From a bacterium (lineage in GTDB: Bacteria > SZUA-182 > DTGQ01): a stretch of 51,951 nucleotides of DNA. Both the position numbers and the translations under genes were made by a program. This document shows, piece after piece, positions 29,159 through 39,171 of the stretch (positions within the stretch are counted from its first letter, which is position 1; the number at the start of each line of letters is the position of its first letter). The notes under the pieces were generated by a model, which saw only the letters and a program-made list of their open reading frames with translations, did no database searches and had not been told where the DNA came from. Where the stretch lies: assembly GCA_040752695.1 (NCBI GenBank), contig JBFMGO010000033.1, positions 1 to 51,951 on the forward strand, in the 5' to 3' direction.

Positions 29159-29686
29159 TTAAATAATCGCGCTTGGAGGCAGAAATACCGGCGGTACCGG
29201 AAGCCCGAAGGGCAAAAGGTAATCAAGCACGGCTGCATCTCCCAGCGGCACGGTCGAAGAGATCCAGAGAGGATCCGTTGGCGGCAGCAACTCGTAACCG
29301 ACCGGCAGGGTCAGAGGCAGAGGCAAGCCAAATGGATCCTGCAGGAAGGTTGGCGGCCAGAGATTTACTCCAAAGGCAGGATCATAATAAGCCATTCCTA
29401 AAGGGGTATTGTACAGCAGCCAGGGATTAGCTTCGGCCGGGTCCCAGGTTAAAGCAGGCTCTACCGGCAGGATAGTACTGGGAAGTAATTCAGTTACCAG
29501 TGGTTCTGGCAATCCTGTAAGAGGATCGACAGGCGACAGGGCAGGGGACCATAATGGCCACAAAGTGTTGTATGGCGGCAGGGCCATCCAGTTCTGAGCT
29601 TGTGCAACAGGTGAATAGGCTAAAAACAAAGCAACGAAGCAAATCAATACCAAAAAGGAATAGCTGGGTTTTCTTTCGGTAATCAT
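29159..29686 (-). CDS. Secreted Pro/Leu/Trp-rich hypothetical protein
   Basis: Signal peptide ending AQA, mature N-terminus QNWMALPPYNTLWPLWSP; AGGAG SD. Confidence 0.75.
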   Translation of the reverse strand: MITERKPSYSFLVLICFVALFLAYSPVAQAQNWMALPPYNTLWPLWSPALSPVDPLTGLPEPLVTELLPSTILPVEPALTWDPAEANPWLLYNTPLGMAYYDPAFGVNLWPPTFLQDPFGLPLPLTLPVGYELLPPTDPLWISSTVPLGDAAVLDYLLPFGLPVPPVFLPPSAII

Positions 29687-30631
29687 TATAAAAAACTCCT
29701 CACTCTCTTTCGCAATCTCTGTTAGATCTTAATTAGATCTTAAAATGGTTTGAAAAAAAGGTTCTTAGTTATTCTTCCCCTTCCTTCTGCAAATAGTGGC
29801 TGCTTCACCTCCTTAAAATACTCATTACGCGGATTAATCCCCAACACCTGAAGAGGACCGGCAATTGGCCAGATCTCAAGAGTTTTCCCTTAAGAAAGGG
29901 ACCTGCCTCATACCCTCCTTGAGTCTTTGAAAGGCTGCATAGTCCGGCACCAGAACAGGCTCCCCTTAAGTCAAGACCGATTGGCAGAACACGCAAGTAG
30001 GTGTCCTGAGCCGCCTTATCTTAAATGTCTTCAGAATGTTGAGAAGGTAATAGCCGGATTTACGAGCCGAAAGCTCATAAACTACCTTCACTGCAGGTCG
30101 TGTAAGTAGGTTTTTAAGGCAAGAATTATCATACTATTTAAATGTAATCTCATTTTTTCAAATTTTTCTAAATGCTCAGTAACCAGCATATGCTCTCTTG
30201 TGGCCTGGTCAGGTGTTTATCAATACCTCTCCCTTAGGAACTCAATGCTGATACAAGGAAAGCATATGCAATACCAGGTTCTCTGAAGGCTTTCGCATGC
30301 ATGGATTTAATTATCTGTTTTCCAATGAAGTATTAAAATTATTTTTGTGCTGAAAGAGGGCGATCTGGTAAAGCAATGCAAGGGAGAGAAAAGAGAACCG
30401 CTACAGATAATACATGAAAAGAATGACTTTCTTATTTAAAAAGTACCCCTTTTCCCTTTATCTATGAACGAGTTAAAGGATACATAAATACCATGGTACC
30501 TCACATAAATTTCCCGGGCTGCTGCATTTGTTTCCGTAGACTGCCGGGAGACTGGCCGTAGAGAAATTACAGGACAGGCTTCGCTCAGAATAACGTTAAG
30601 GCTCTTTTTTAAGGGAAGGAGAGCTTCGGTT

Positions 30632-32119
30632 ATGAGAATCGGCTTACAGACATGGGGCAGTGAAGGAGATATCAGGCCTTTTGCCGCTCTGGCAGGAGGT
30701 CTCAGTGCAGCCGGCCATGAAGTAACCCTCGCTGTTACCAGTGTGGAAAATAAGGACTATACGGCGCTCGGTAAGTCGATGAATTTCAAAATCCGCCATA
30801 TAGGCTCTCTTGCTTTTGATCAGAGCATGTGCCTTAGGATCGGAAGACAAGTCATCTCCGAGCGTAATGCGTTAAGACAGCTCAAAATCGTGTTAAATAC
30901 TCTGTTTGATTCACTTGTCGAAGAAATCTTTGCAGCAGCCCAAAGATTATGTGCGGAAAATGACATGGTTATCGGGCATTCCCTGGTCTATCCCCTTGGT
31001 ATCGCCGCTGAAAAAGCGCAATGTCCCTATGTTACGGTCACTTTGCCGGTAGATTCGATCCCGACAAAATATCGTACCCCTTTAGGCTTGCCTGACCTTG
31101 GCACCTTCATGAATGCCCTGTGGTGGAAGCTCGGCGGAATGGTCATGAACAGCCTCTTAAAAACACCGGTTAACAGCATGCGCAAGAAAGAGGGCCTTTT
31201 GCCTATCAAAAATATCATGGGGGAAGTTACTGAATCAAGATTACTGAACCTCATCGCCATAAGTCCTTCGATCTGCCAGCCCCAACCTGACTGGGGGAGC
31301 CACCATCATATCTGCGGGTTCTTCACTATCCCGGATGAGGGAATTCCATGGCAGTTTCCAGATGATCTCAAACATTTTTTACATTCCGGTCCTCCGCCTG
31401 TCTATGTCACCTTCGGCAGCATGTGGTTATTAGATCCGGCTCCGGAGCAGACGATACGTATGGCGGTAGATGCGGTCCGGCTCGCAGGCTGCCGGGCCAT
31501 TATCCAATTTAATAACAGGATAGAACTTGCCGGTAGTATAGAACCTGCCGATAGTACTGACCATCCAGGTATTCTTGAGCACCCAGGCGATGAAATACTG
31601 CACGGAGAAAAACTGCGCGGAAATGATAAATCTTATAGTGATAATAACCCTTACGGAAGTGATAAACCTTACGGCATTTCAGAACATCCTGACATTTACT
31701 GGATATCCCAGGCACCACACCAGTATGTATTTCCCCACTGTACAGCGATTGTTCACCATGGAGGTGCCGGAACAACCCAATCGGCAACTCTTCATGGCTG
31801 CCCGTCAGTGGTTGTGGAATACCTTCTCGACCAGGCATCATGGGGGATCAACCTGAAAAGGCTGGGTATAGCTCCCAGGCTTTTACACCGGCGGTCACTC
31901 ACCTCTACAAAACTCGCCAGGCAACTGAGAACGGTACTCGACTCACCCCTCATGTTTGAAAAAGCCAGGAGGTTAGGAAAGACCATGAGAGGTGAGGATG
32001 GTGTAAAGCATGCAGTGAAACTCATCGAAAACTGCTATGCATCGTATTGCGGATCATATGAGGAGCGGGCTACTTTTCGAGACAGGACATGTGGGGTATA
32101 CGTTTCAAGGAAGGTTTAA
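30632..32119 (+). CDS. GT-B glycosyltransferase (GT1/GT28-type, sterol-glucosyltransferase-like) with a repetitive insertion
   Basis: T.GS.GD+.PF.ALA..L...GHEV, PPVY+.FGSM, PH...FP....+HHGGAGTT and DQ..WG motifs. Confidence 0.9.
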   Translation: MRIGLQTWGSEGDIRPFAALAGGLSAAGHEVTLAVTSVENKDYTALGKSMNFKIRHIGSLAFDQSMCLRIGRQVISERNALRQLKIVLNTLFDSLVEEIFAAAQRLCAENDMVIGHSLVYPLGIAAEKAQCPYVTVTLPVDSIPTKYRTPLGLPDLGTFMNALWWKLGGMVMNSLLKTPVNSMRKKEGLLPIKNIMGEVTESRLLNLIAISPSICQPQPDWGSHHHICGFFTIPDEGIPWQFPDDLKHFLHSGPPPVYVTFGSMWLLDPAPEQTIRMAVDAVRLAGCRAIIQFNNRIELAGSIEPADSTDHPGILEHPGDEILHGEKLRGNDKSYSDNNPYGSDKPYGISEHPDIYWISQAPHQYVFPHCTAIVHHGGAGTTQSATLHGCPSVVVEYLLDQASWGINLKRLGIAPRLLHRRSLTSTKLARQLRTVLDSPLMFEKARRLGKTMRGEDGVKHAVKLIENCYASYCGSYEERATFRDRTCGVYVSRKV

Positions 32120-32249
32120 ATCTATCCTTGTAAACCGGGAGAGTCATCGCCTGGAACAATGCCGTTTACCCTGAGACTTTTCCTGGAAGTAATAAATATA
32201 CTATGCTTCTTTTCGGGCAGGCAAAGATAGACATGGACAAAATCTAAAT

Positions 32250-32278
32250 CCTGGGCAGGGCAAAATACCCTGCCCAGG
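32250..32278. terminator. Hairpin between convergent genes
   Basis: Perfect 11-bp stem CCTGGGCAGGG/CCCTGCCCAGG. Confidence 0.45.
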
Positions 32279-32378
32279 CAAAATCTCTCTCAAAAACCGC
32301 ATCACAACATAGTTAAATGAATTATCACCTGCTCTACAGAGCCATTATTACGTTATATCACGTCAGCCTCCGCCACTC

Positions 32379-33947
32379 CTACCAATAAAAGGGCAGCCCC
32401 GACCATCCAAATGAAAAGAGTGGATTCCCGAATAAGCCTGCGCCGGATAAGCCGGTACCAGAAGACAGGAACCCCGGCCATGATAAAGATGATGACGTGG
32501 TGTAATTCCATGGACTGGCGAGACCCGTGGATCTCCATCCGGCGAGTGAGGGACCATAACCGAAGTTAACCCAGGAGGAAGCGGAAAGATTGGGAAACCC
32601 TGTCAGAGCCGGAGAAAGGAGGTAGTCGGTGAGAGGCAGGCTGCTGCTCATGAAGCTCATACTGAAAGGTGCGGTCATGACTGGATTATAGACAGCAGCG
32701 GGTGCCCCCAGGGCGGATAAGAGCGATGATCCCAGGCCGGAAACAGCGGGAGTGGTCAATCCCATATTCGGCAAACTCAAATAATTATTTATGCCCAGTG
32801 CAGAACCCAGGATCAGGTCATTGCCTGAGACAGAGGAGGAGGAAGAAGGAAGAATTAAAGGAACAGGCGGACTGGCAGCCAGAATCAATCGCCACAGGTC
32901 TGGAACGCCATTGATATGATAGGTGCTCGTTGGTGCGACACCAAGCACTGGCGTGGGATGGCAGGTATTGCAGTCGGTCTTGGTAGCGGAGTGAGTCAGT
33001 GGAGGAAAGGCGTGGCAGCAGCCGCAATCAAGCGTGATGGGGTCAACCGGGAAGGGTATGTTCCAGGGCAAGGGCAGGTTAGATCCTGGATAACCCAAAG
33101 GAGCTGTCAGCAGGGTAGTCGGAGGAGTCTGGCCATTGCTGTGGCAGTAGACCACACAGGTTCCGGTACCACCTAAGGGGCCGAGGGTATAAAAATCCCC
33201 GTCTCCGATAGGACCAAGCAGCGTATTGAAGACAACCGGCACTTTACCCGGAAGCCACGCATTCGAGGTGCCGTGGATGCAGACAACGTGGTCAGGCCCC
33301 AGGTTAGCAGTCAGGTTGGGATGACAAACCGCACAGTCGATACTGAGTACGGTACTGAGTGTGGTAGCAGGTGCGATGACCTTGCTCAGAAAGTGAGTGG
33401 CATGCGCTCCACTTCGGCCAACCAGCAGGGACAGGCCATGACAGGCCATGCACTTGGCAACACCGGCTGCTGTAGAGAAAAGCGGCACGCCAACGATCTT
33501 GGGGTAAATGTGATTAGGCAGCCCGTTAAAATTAGGGTGACAGGCAATGCAGTTGAAGATCTCCGGGTTGCAGCCGGAAGGATCAAGGCAATGGTCCATG
33601 ACCAGACTGCCGGTACCGGCACACAGGGCCTGGGGTGGTGCACCATGACAGGCATTGCAGCCGAGATTGGCTGCGGTTCCGGTATAATTATAGTAAAGCG
33701 GATCCAACTGCCGGATTCCATCTTTATGTAATCCCAGACACTCCGGAGAATGGCAGTTAATGCAGCCGACCAGCACATTGGGATGGGTCAAGGCAACATT
33801 AACGGCACTTGTGGGCAGGACGTGACATCCTACGCATGATGAATCCAAACAGACGAAAGCCCCCCGGGCCGGTGAACAGAACAAAAAAGAATAGATCAAA
33901 CAACAGATTGAAAAAACAAGAAATTTCTCTCTCATAAACCCCTTCAC
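32379..33947 (-). CDS. Secreted multiheme c-type cytochrome (8 CxxCH + 1 CxxxCH) with a low-complexity C-terminal tail
   Basis: Signal peptide; CVGCH, CINCH, CNACH, CIACH, CMACH, CAVCH, CVVYCH(SNG), CGCCH, CNTCH; H.NG motif reminiscent of Geobacter-type CxxxxCH/CxxCH proteins. Confidence 0.85.
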   Translation of the reverse strand: MKGFMREKFLVFSICCLIYSFLFCSPARGAFVCLDSSCVGCHVLPTSAVNVALTHPNVLVGCINCHSPECLGLHKDGIRQLDPLYYNYTGTAANLGCNACHGAPPQALCAGTGSLVMDHCLDPSGCNPEIFNCIACHPNFNGLPNHIYPKIVGVPLFSTAAGVAKCMACHGLSLLVGRSGAHATHFLSKVIAPATTLSTVLSIDCAVCHPNLTANLGPDHVVCIHGTSNAWLPGKVPVVFNTLLGPIGDGDFYTLGPLGGTGTCVVYCHSNGQTPPTTLLTAPLGYPGSNLPLPWNIPFPVDPITLDCGCCHAFPPLTHSATKTDCNTCHPTPVLGVAPTSTYHINGVPDLWRLILAASPPVPLILPSSSSSVSGNDLILGSALGINNYLSLPNMGLTTPAVSGLGSSLLSALGAPAAVYNPVMTAPFSMSFMSSSLPLTDYLLSPALTGFPNLSASSWVNFGYGPSLAGWRSTGLASPWNYTTSSSLSWPGFLSSGTGLSGAGLFGNPLFSFGWSGLPFYW

Positions 33948-34371
33948 GCCTCCTTATATTTTCAGATTGCTGGAAAACCGAGAATGATATTTTTTCTGAT
34001 CTGGATGAGAATTCAGCCGGAGTGTTAGATAATGGATTAAGTTCTGAAGATATTGAAAAAAAGGAAAATTATTATTTTTTAGGAAATTAATTTATTCTAT
34101 CGAATATTAGTATTTTTACATAGGAAATCACCTCTCATGGTAGGGAGATTACATTTTACTGCATGTTTATATTTTAACGCCGTCAGTAATACAATGCAAA
34201 TTAAAGTGCAGGTGTAATGAACAATCAGGTGTCATGCATACTCAGGTGTCAGGAATCAGCTTCTCGCATCGGATCGCCAGCGCCCAAGCACCCAAGCAAC
34301 CGGTCTCTATCACCCAGTCTCCAAGCACCCGGTCCCAAAGCACCCGGTCGCCATTACCAGGTGTCCATCAA

Positions 34372-35283
34372 TTATTTCATCAGGAAGTTTAAAACTTCCT
34401 GGTTGAACCTTGCTGCTTTTTCCACCTGGGGTACGTGTCCGCACTGATCAAAGATGACCAGTTTTGAACCGGCAATTTCCTTATGGAACCGCAGGGCATG
34501 GGCGACGGGAATAACCTGATCATCCTTTCCCCAGATGATCAGGGTGGGAACTTTAATCTGAGAAAGCTGATCATCCACTACATCCTGATTTTTGTCTACA
34601 GCGTCCAGGAAACGGTCAATGACGTAAGGCTCAGGGGAATTCAGTTTCATCCTCAGCCGCATCTTCAAGCCAGCGTCTTCGATAAAATCCGGGCAAAAGA
34701 AGAGTTGCCGGGCAAAAACCCTGGTCGATGAGAGCGTAACTGCATTCAAAAGTTCCCTTTCTTTGGCCGAAAGGGTCTGCCCCAGTGCATAGCCTGCGCT
34801 ATCCACAAGAACCAGTTTTTCGACCATATCAGGGTGGTTCACGGTAAAATGGGTGGATATCCAGCCACCCATCGAGCTTCCTACCAGGACGATCCTTGAT
34901 ACCTTGAGGGCAGACAAAAATTCAAAAAGATACTCGGACATAAGGGATATCCGGTAGGAAAGGAGCGGCTTGTCCGAGCGGCCGGAACCTATCTGGTCCG
35001 GAGCGAGGACATGAAACCTTTCCGCCAGGGGTTTGATATTGAGAATCCATCCGAGAGAGCTTGCTCCCAGACCATGCACCAGGACAAGATGCGGCCCTTT
35101 TCCTGCCTCCAAATAGTAGAGTTTCATCTTATGGAGGCTGATGTTTCTGGGCCTCACCCCGATAAGCCGGTACCTCAGATCAATCGCCAGTGCAGCCAGA
35201 CGATCCCCCGAAGGCATTCGGCTGAGCACATTGACCGCTCTATTGACCTTCCTGCTGAATGAATCTGTTAATTTCATCTCCAA
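34372..35283 (-). CDS. Alpha/beta fold hydrolase
   Basis: LVHGLG, PD.IG.G.S, nucleophile GSSMGG, WG..D.VIP and GH.P..E. Confidence 0.92.
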   Translation of the reverse strand: MEMKLTDSFSRKVNRAVNVLSRMPSGDRLAALAIDLRYRLIGVRPRNISLHKMKLYYLEAGKGPHLVLVHGLGASSLGWILNIKPLAERFHVLAPDQIGSGRSDKPLLSYRISLMSEYLFEFLSALKVSRIVLVGSSMGGWISTHFTVNHPDMVEKLVLVDSAGYALGQTLSAKERELLNAVTLSSTRVFARQLFFCPDFIEDAGLKMRLRMKLNSPEPYVIDRFLDAVDKNQDVVDDQLSQIKVPTLIIWGKDDQVIPVAHALRFHKEIAGSKLVIFDQCGHVPQVEKAARFNQEVLNFLMK

Positions 35284-35330
35284 TCATGAACTCCAGTTTT
35301 TAAGCTCATAGTGCAAACAGTGTAAAGATA

Positions 35331-35440
35331 TTCGCTCATATTTATAAAGCAACATATCTAATAAAAAGCATCCATTCCGTCATTCCCGCCTTCGCGGGAA
35401 TGACAAAAAAGGAATGTGATGGCTACTATATATGAGCGAA
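35331..35440. mobile_element. MITE-like dispersed repeat, copy 2, with terminal inverted repeats and flanking GATA direct repeats
   Basis: TTCGCTCATAT...ATATGAGCGAA inverted ends, GATA on both flanks and a central palindrome GTCATTCCCGC-CTTC-GCGGGAATGAC (35379-35404). Confidence 0.7.
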
Positions 35441-35444
35441 GATA

Positions 35445-36848
35445 TTAAAAATCCGCTGATTTCGGAGTTCTGGGGAACGGGATCACGTCACGGATATTGG
35501 CCATTCCGGTCATAAACTGGATGGCTCGTTCAAAGCCCATACCGAATCCAGCATGGGGAACCGAGCCAAAGCGGCGCAGATCCAGGTACCACCAGTAATC
35601 CTCTTCCCGAAGGCCAAGCTCGGCGATGCGGTGTTTCAGGATATCAATCCTGTCTTCGCGCTGACTGCCGCCAATGATCTCGCCGATCTTGGGCACCAGA
35701 ACATCCATGGCCCGCACGGTCCTGCCGTCATCATTGAGCCTCATATAGAAAGCCTTGATGTCTTTCGGATAGTCAAAAACGATAATGGGCCTTTTGAATT
35801 TCTTTTCGGTTAAATATCGCTCGTGTTCCGATTGAAGGTCCACTCCCCAGGTCACGGGAAATTCAAACTGCTCTTTGGAACTTTTCAAAATTTCAACCGC
35901 TTCCGTATAAGAGATTCTCTCAAAACTGCTTTTAATGATCTCCTCCATGGTCCCGATTACGGTGTTATCTATCCGGAGGTTAAAAAAGCTCATATCCTGG
36001 CTGCACTTTATCAGAATAGTGCTAAAGATATCCTTGATAAACTCCTCGGCTAGGTCCATATCGTCCGAAAGGTCGGCAAAGCTCATTTCCGGCTCTACCA
36101 TCCAGAACTCGGCCAGATGCCGTGAGGTATTCGAATTTTCAGCCCGGAAGGTCGGCCCGAAGGTATACACATCTCCCAGGGCCAGGGCATAGGCCTCTGC
36201 CTCCAATTGGCCACTGACGGTCAGACTGGTCGATTTGCCAAAAAAGTCCTGGCTGAAATCGATACCGCCATCACTCTCATGCACGGCATGAGCAAGACGG
36301 GCCAGATCCAGCGTCGTGACCCGAAACATTTCACCCGCTCCTTCACAATCGCTGCCGGTAATGATTGGCGTATGAACGTAGCAAAAGCCCCGTTCCTGGA
36401 AAAAGGTATGGATGGCCCAGCTCATGGTGCTCCGCACACGGGCTACAGCGCCGAAAGTATTCGTGCGGGGGCGCAGGTGGGCGATCTGACGAAGAAACTC
36501 AAAGGAATGGCGCTTCTTCTGAAGGGGATAGAGATCAGGATCGGCCCACCCATAAACGCTGAGTCTGGTGGCCCGGATCTCGTTTTTCTGCCCCTTCCCC
36601 AAAGATGCCACCAGTTCACCTTCCACATCGAGGCTGCAACCGGTAGTAATCTTCAGAACTTCGGTCTGATAATTTTCCAGATTCTGGTCAGCCACAATCT
36701 GAATGTTCTCGATAGTTGACCCATCATTCAGTTCGATAAAGGAAAAACCTCCCTTGGAGTCCCTCTTGGTGCGGACCCACCCTTTAATGAGCAAGGTCTT
36801 ACCATATTCTTCCATCTGCAGGGCCTGCGAAATTCTGGTTCGTTTCAT
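35445..36848 (-). CDS. asnS: Asparagine--tRNA ligase
   Basis: GWVRT.R, HLRPRTN.FGAV.R+[51 protein letters not shown]+GFER; ATG 36848 with an AAGGA SD. Confidence 0.97.
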   Translation of the reverse strand: MKRTRISQALQMEEYGKTLLIKGWVRTKRDSKGGFSFIELNDGSTIENIQIVADQNLENYQTEVLKITTGCSLDVEGELVASLGKGQKNEIRATRLSVYGWADPDLYPLQKKRHSFEFLRQIAHLRPRTNTFGAVARVRSTMSWAIHTFFQERGFCYVHTPIITGSDCEGAGEMFRVTTLDLARLAHAVHESDGGIDFSQDFFGKSTSLTVSGQLEAEAYALALGDVYTFGPTFRAENSNTSRHLAEFWMVEPEMSFADLSDDMDLAEEFIKDIFSTILIKCSQDMSFFNLRIDNTVIGTMEEIIKSSFERISYTEAVEILKSSKEQFEFPVTWGVDLQSEHERYLTEKKFKRPIIVFDYPKDIKAFYMRLNDDGRTVRAMDVLVPKIGEIIGGSQREDRIDILKHRIAELGLREEDYWWYLDLRRFGSVPHAGFGMGFERAIQFMTGMANIRDVIPFPRTPKSADF

Positions 36849-37304
36849 CGTGTTATTCCTTGTGCTTATTCCTTGTACTATTTCACGTACTGTTCTTGTA
36901 CTATTTCCTGTAAAAGGTACTTTTTTCTCATCGATCATGATTTGAATAGATGATGCTGCCGTTATGATGACGTTCTCATTATCCTAAAGAATAACGGCTC
37001 ATGATGCAATGAACTCATGATGCTCCCGCCAGCGGCATAACTGCTGACAGCACAATAGCCGGCTGCGCACTATCTGGCGGTACAATAGCTAATTATACCA
37101 ATAACATGAGAGATTCTATAGCGTATTTAAAGGAGAGTCAAATGTTTCTGAAGCATTGGTATTAAATTCATGTTAATAAATTCGTAGTTATAAGTTCGTG
37201 GTTATAAGTTCGTGGTTATAAATACATGTGAATGAAATCCATGAGGGTTAGCTGGATCTCCCCTGTAATGCCGATCTTCTGTATTGGAAAGGAGGTGTTT
37301 TTCC

Positions 37305-37979
37305 ATGCCGGAAATGCATGATCTCTCCCCACTTCCAGAAGGGGGAGAGATAACCTGCGAGCTATTCAAAGCAAACGATCGGGAGCAGGTTATCTCTTGC
37401 CTGGCCAGCACTTTTTCCGAATCTGAACCGATGACGAAAACACTGAAAATTGCCCCCTCGGAACTGCTTGGGCTGGCAGAGTTGATATGTAATGAAGCTA
37501 TCAGTAAGGGAGTATCACTGGTAGCGAAAGACAACAGAACGGGTCGGATTGCGGCTTTTTCCCTTGCAGGGGACTTTACGGACTGGCCACCGCAAGGGAT
37601 CGAGAGAGTTAATGCGAAGGTTTTCCCCATATTGGCACTGGTAAGCGATCTGGACGAGGAGTACAAAAAAAACAGGAAGATAATGCCGGGGGAGATCTTT
37701 CATCTATCCTTTTTAGGATCTTGCGGCCACTATAAAAAGAGGAAAATTGCCACAACCATAGTTAGAAAACATCTGCAATTAGCTCAAGTGAAGGGATTTA
37801 CGTGCGCTGTTGCCGAAGTGACCGGCCCCGCCTCTCAGCATATACTGATTGACAAATTCGGGTTTGTTGAAAAATGCAGGATTGATTATAAATCATATCT
37901 CTATTGCGGAGTACGTGTTTTCGAAAACATAAAAGATGTCTCAAGCTGCTTCTTGGTGGAGAAAAGATTTGTGCCATAA
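37305..37979 (+). CDS. GNAT-fold acetyltransferase (arylalkylamine N-acetyltransferase-like)
   Basis: F...EP+...L, S.VA.D..TG.I, Y..R.IA..+ and E.TG..SQ......GF motifs; AAGGAGGTG SD before ATG 37305. Confidence 0.7.
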   Translation: MPEMHDLSPLPEGGEITCELFKANDREQVISCLASTFSESEPMTKTLKIAPSELLGLAELICNEAISKGVSLVAKDNRTGRIAAFSLAGDFTDWPPQGIERVNAKVFPILALVSDLDEEYKKNRKIMPGEIFHLSFLGSCGHYKKRKIATTIVRKHLQLAQVKGFTCAVAEVTGPASQHILIDKFGFVEKCRIDYKSYLYCGVRVFENIKDVSSCFLVEKRFVP

Positions 37980-38106
37980 TCTTAAGTGCCTATCCCCAAA
38001 CCTCTGGCAACGGGTATAATCACTTACCCGAACTGGATCTGAGCGGTTTCTCTCAAGTGTCAATCTGCGGATTTTCATCTCATCATTCCTATGCCAGGCA
38101 GATTCT

Positions 38107-39120
38107 TTATGACACTTTGACCGTACCGCCCCTTAGAAGTTTACAGATATCCTTGGGGTCCCAAGCTGGCTTCCCCGGAACGAGGGCTGATGATTTCTGA
38201 AAAAGCACTAATTCGCCAAATTCTGCTCTTATCTTTGATTCATTATAATTTAGTAAATCTAGGTTATATTTTATAGTATCCTCATCAGCGAAATTAGTGT
38301 GAACCCATAGAAAGAAAAGGTGGCTCAGGTTTATAGATGTAGAATTGGATATCCATTGTTTTGGCGCAACACATTTCCAAAGGTAGCCTGAGTAGATCTG
38401 CGGTTGAACAGCAAGCGGCATTACATCATGGTCGCTGTTATTTTCATCGATCCACAAGCAGTAGTCGAGAAGACCGCCAAAAAGAGATAATCGTTTGCAT
38501 ACTTCGCAGACATCCTGGGCATTATGACAGGCCCGGCAGAACTGCCGCCGGTGTCCGAGAAATCCTGTCACTTCAACTTCCAGGCACCTTCTGCCCTGTA
38601 AGTATTCATCCTGAATTATAGCTGCCCTGGAGCGAGGAACAAATACGGGCAAGGAATCCGCTTCGTCACCACTGCCCAATTGAGCAATGAAGTGTTGCTG
38701 TTCACCGGAGGGATTCCATTCATCAAAATTCCACGTGTAATCCCACGATGGCGCCCACAGGTCGAATCCTTTAAAAAACCATTCCTGAATCCTGTTCTTC
38801 CATCGAAAATCGGCACCGAGATTTTGTCGGTTCTCCTCCCACCATCCGCACGAAAGGAGTGCACAAGGCATAAAGGTTCCGACTACAGTAATCTGCATGG
38901 CTTCGGGTAGCGGTGGATGATGGAGGAGTTTATATCGTAACTGGCTGATATGCTCCCGCCCCTGTATGGACAGGTCGATGCTACCTCGTGGACCATCGAC
39001 AAAAACTTTATGGGGTGACACACCCCTTTCCTCAAAATATTCTGTAGTCTGACCGCCGAGTATATTTTGGCCACCCAATACAATAAAGGTATTTTGGGCA
39101 CTATTCCTCCCAATTGTCAC
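38107..39120 (-). CDS. Uncharacterised Trp-rich protein; frame open upstream into the Bell-like gene, possibly made as a -1 frameshift fusion
   Basis: 337-aa ORF from a GTG with no SD. The frame stays open about 30 codons further upstream without any ATG/GTG/TTG. Confidence 0.7.
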   Translation of the reverse strand: MTIGRNSAQNTFIVLGGQNILGGQTTEYFEERGVSPHKVFVDGPRGSIDLSIQGREHISQLRYKLLHHPPLPEAMQITVVGTFMPCALLSCGWWEENRQNLGADFRWKNRIQEWFFKGFDLWAPSWDYTWNFDEWNPSGEQQHFIAQLGSGDEADSLPVFVPRSRAAIIQDEYLQGRRCLEVEVTGFLGHRRQFCRACHNAQDVCEVCKRLSLFGGLLDYCLWIDENNSDHDVMPLAVQPQIYSGYLWKCVAPKQWISNSTSINLSHLFFLWVHTNFADEDTIKYNLDLLNYNESKIRAEFGELVLFQKSSALVPGKPAWDPKDICKLLRGGTVKVS

Positions 39121-39124
39121 ACTT

Positions 39125-39171
39125 GCGGCAGCAGAACCAGGAGTTAATGCCGCTGCCGCTGCTAAGGGTTT
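39125..39171 (-). promoter_or_regulatory. Putative -1 programmed ribosomal frameshift signal
   Basis: In-frame heptamer A_AAC_CCU (39171-39165), spacer UAGCA, stem GCGGCAGCGG (39159-39150)/CUGCUGCCGC (39134-39125). Confidence 0.6.

Noticed and set aside
29820..29900. c-di-AMP (ydaO) riboswitch suggested by TGGGGATTAATC on the minus strand
   Set aside because: The other conserved elements (GCUGAAUCC, GGAACC) are not found in the right order.
36849..36938. 30-aa N-terminal extension of AsnS
   Set aside because: It is encoded by a degenerate ~12-nt repeat; ATG 36848 has an SD and a typical AsnS start.
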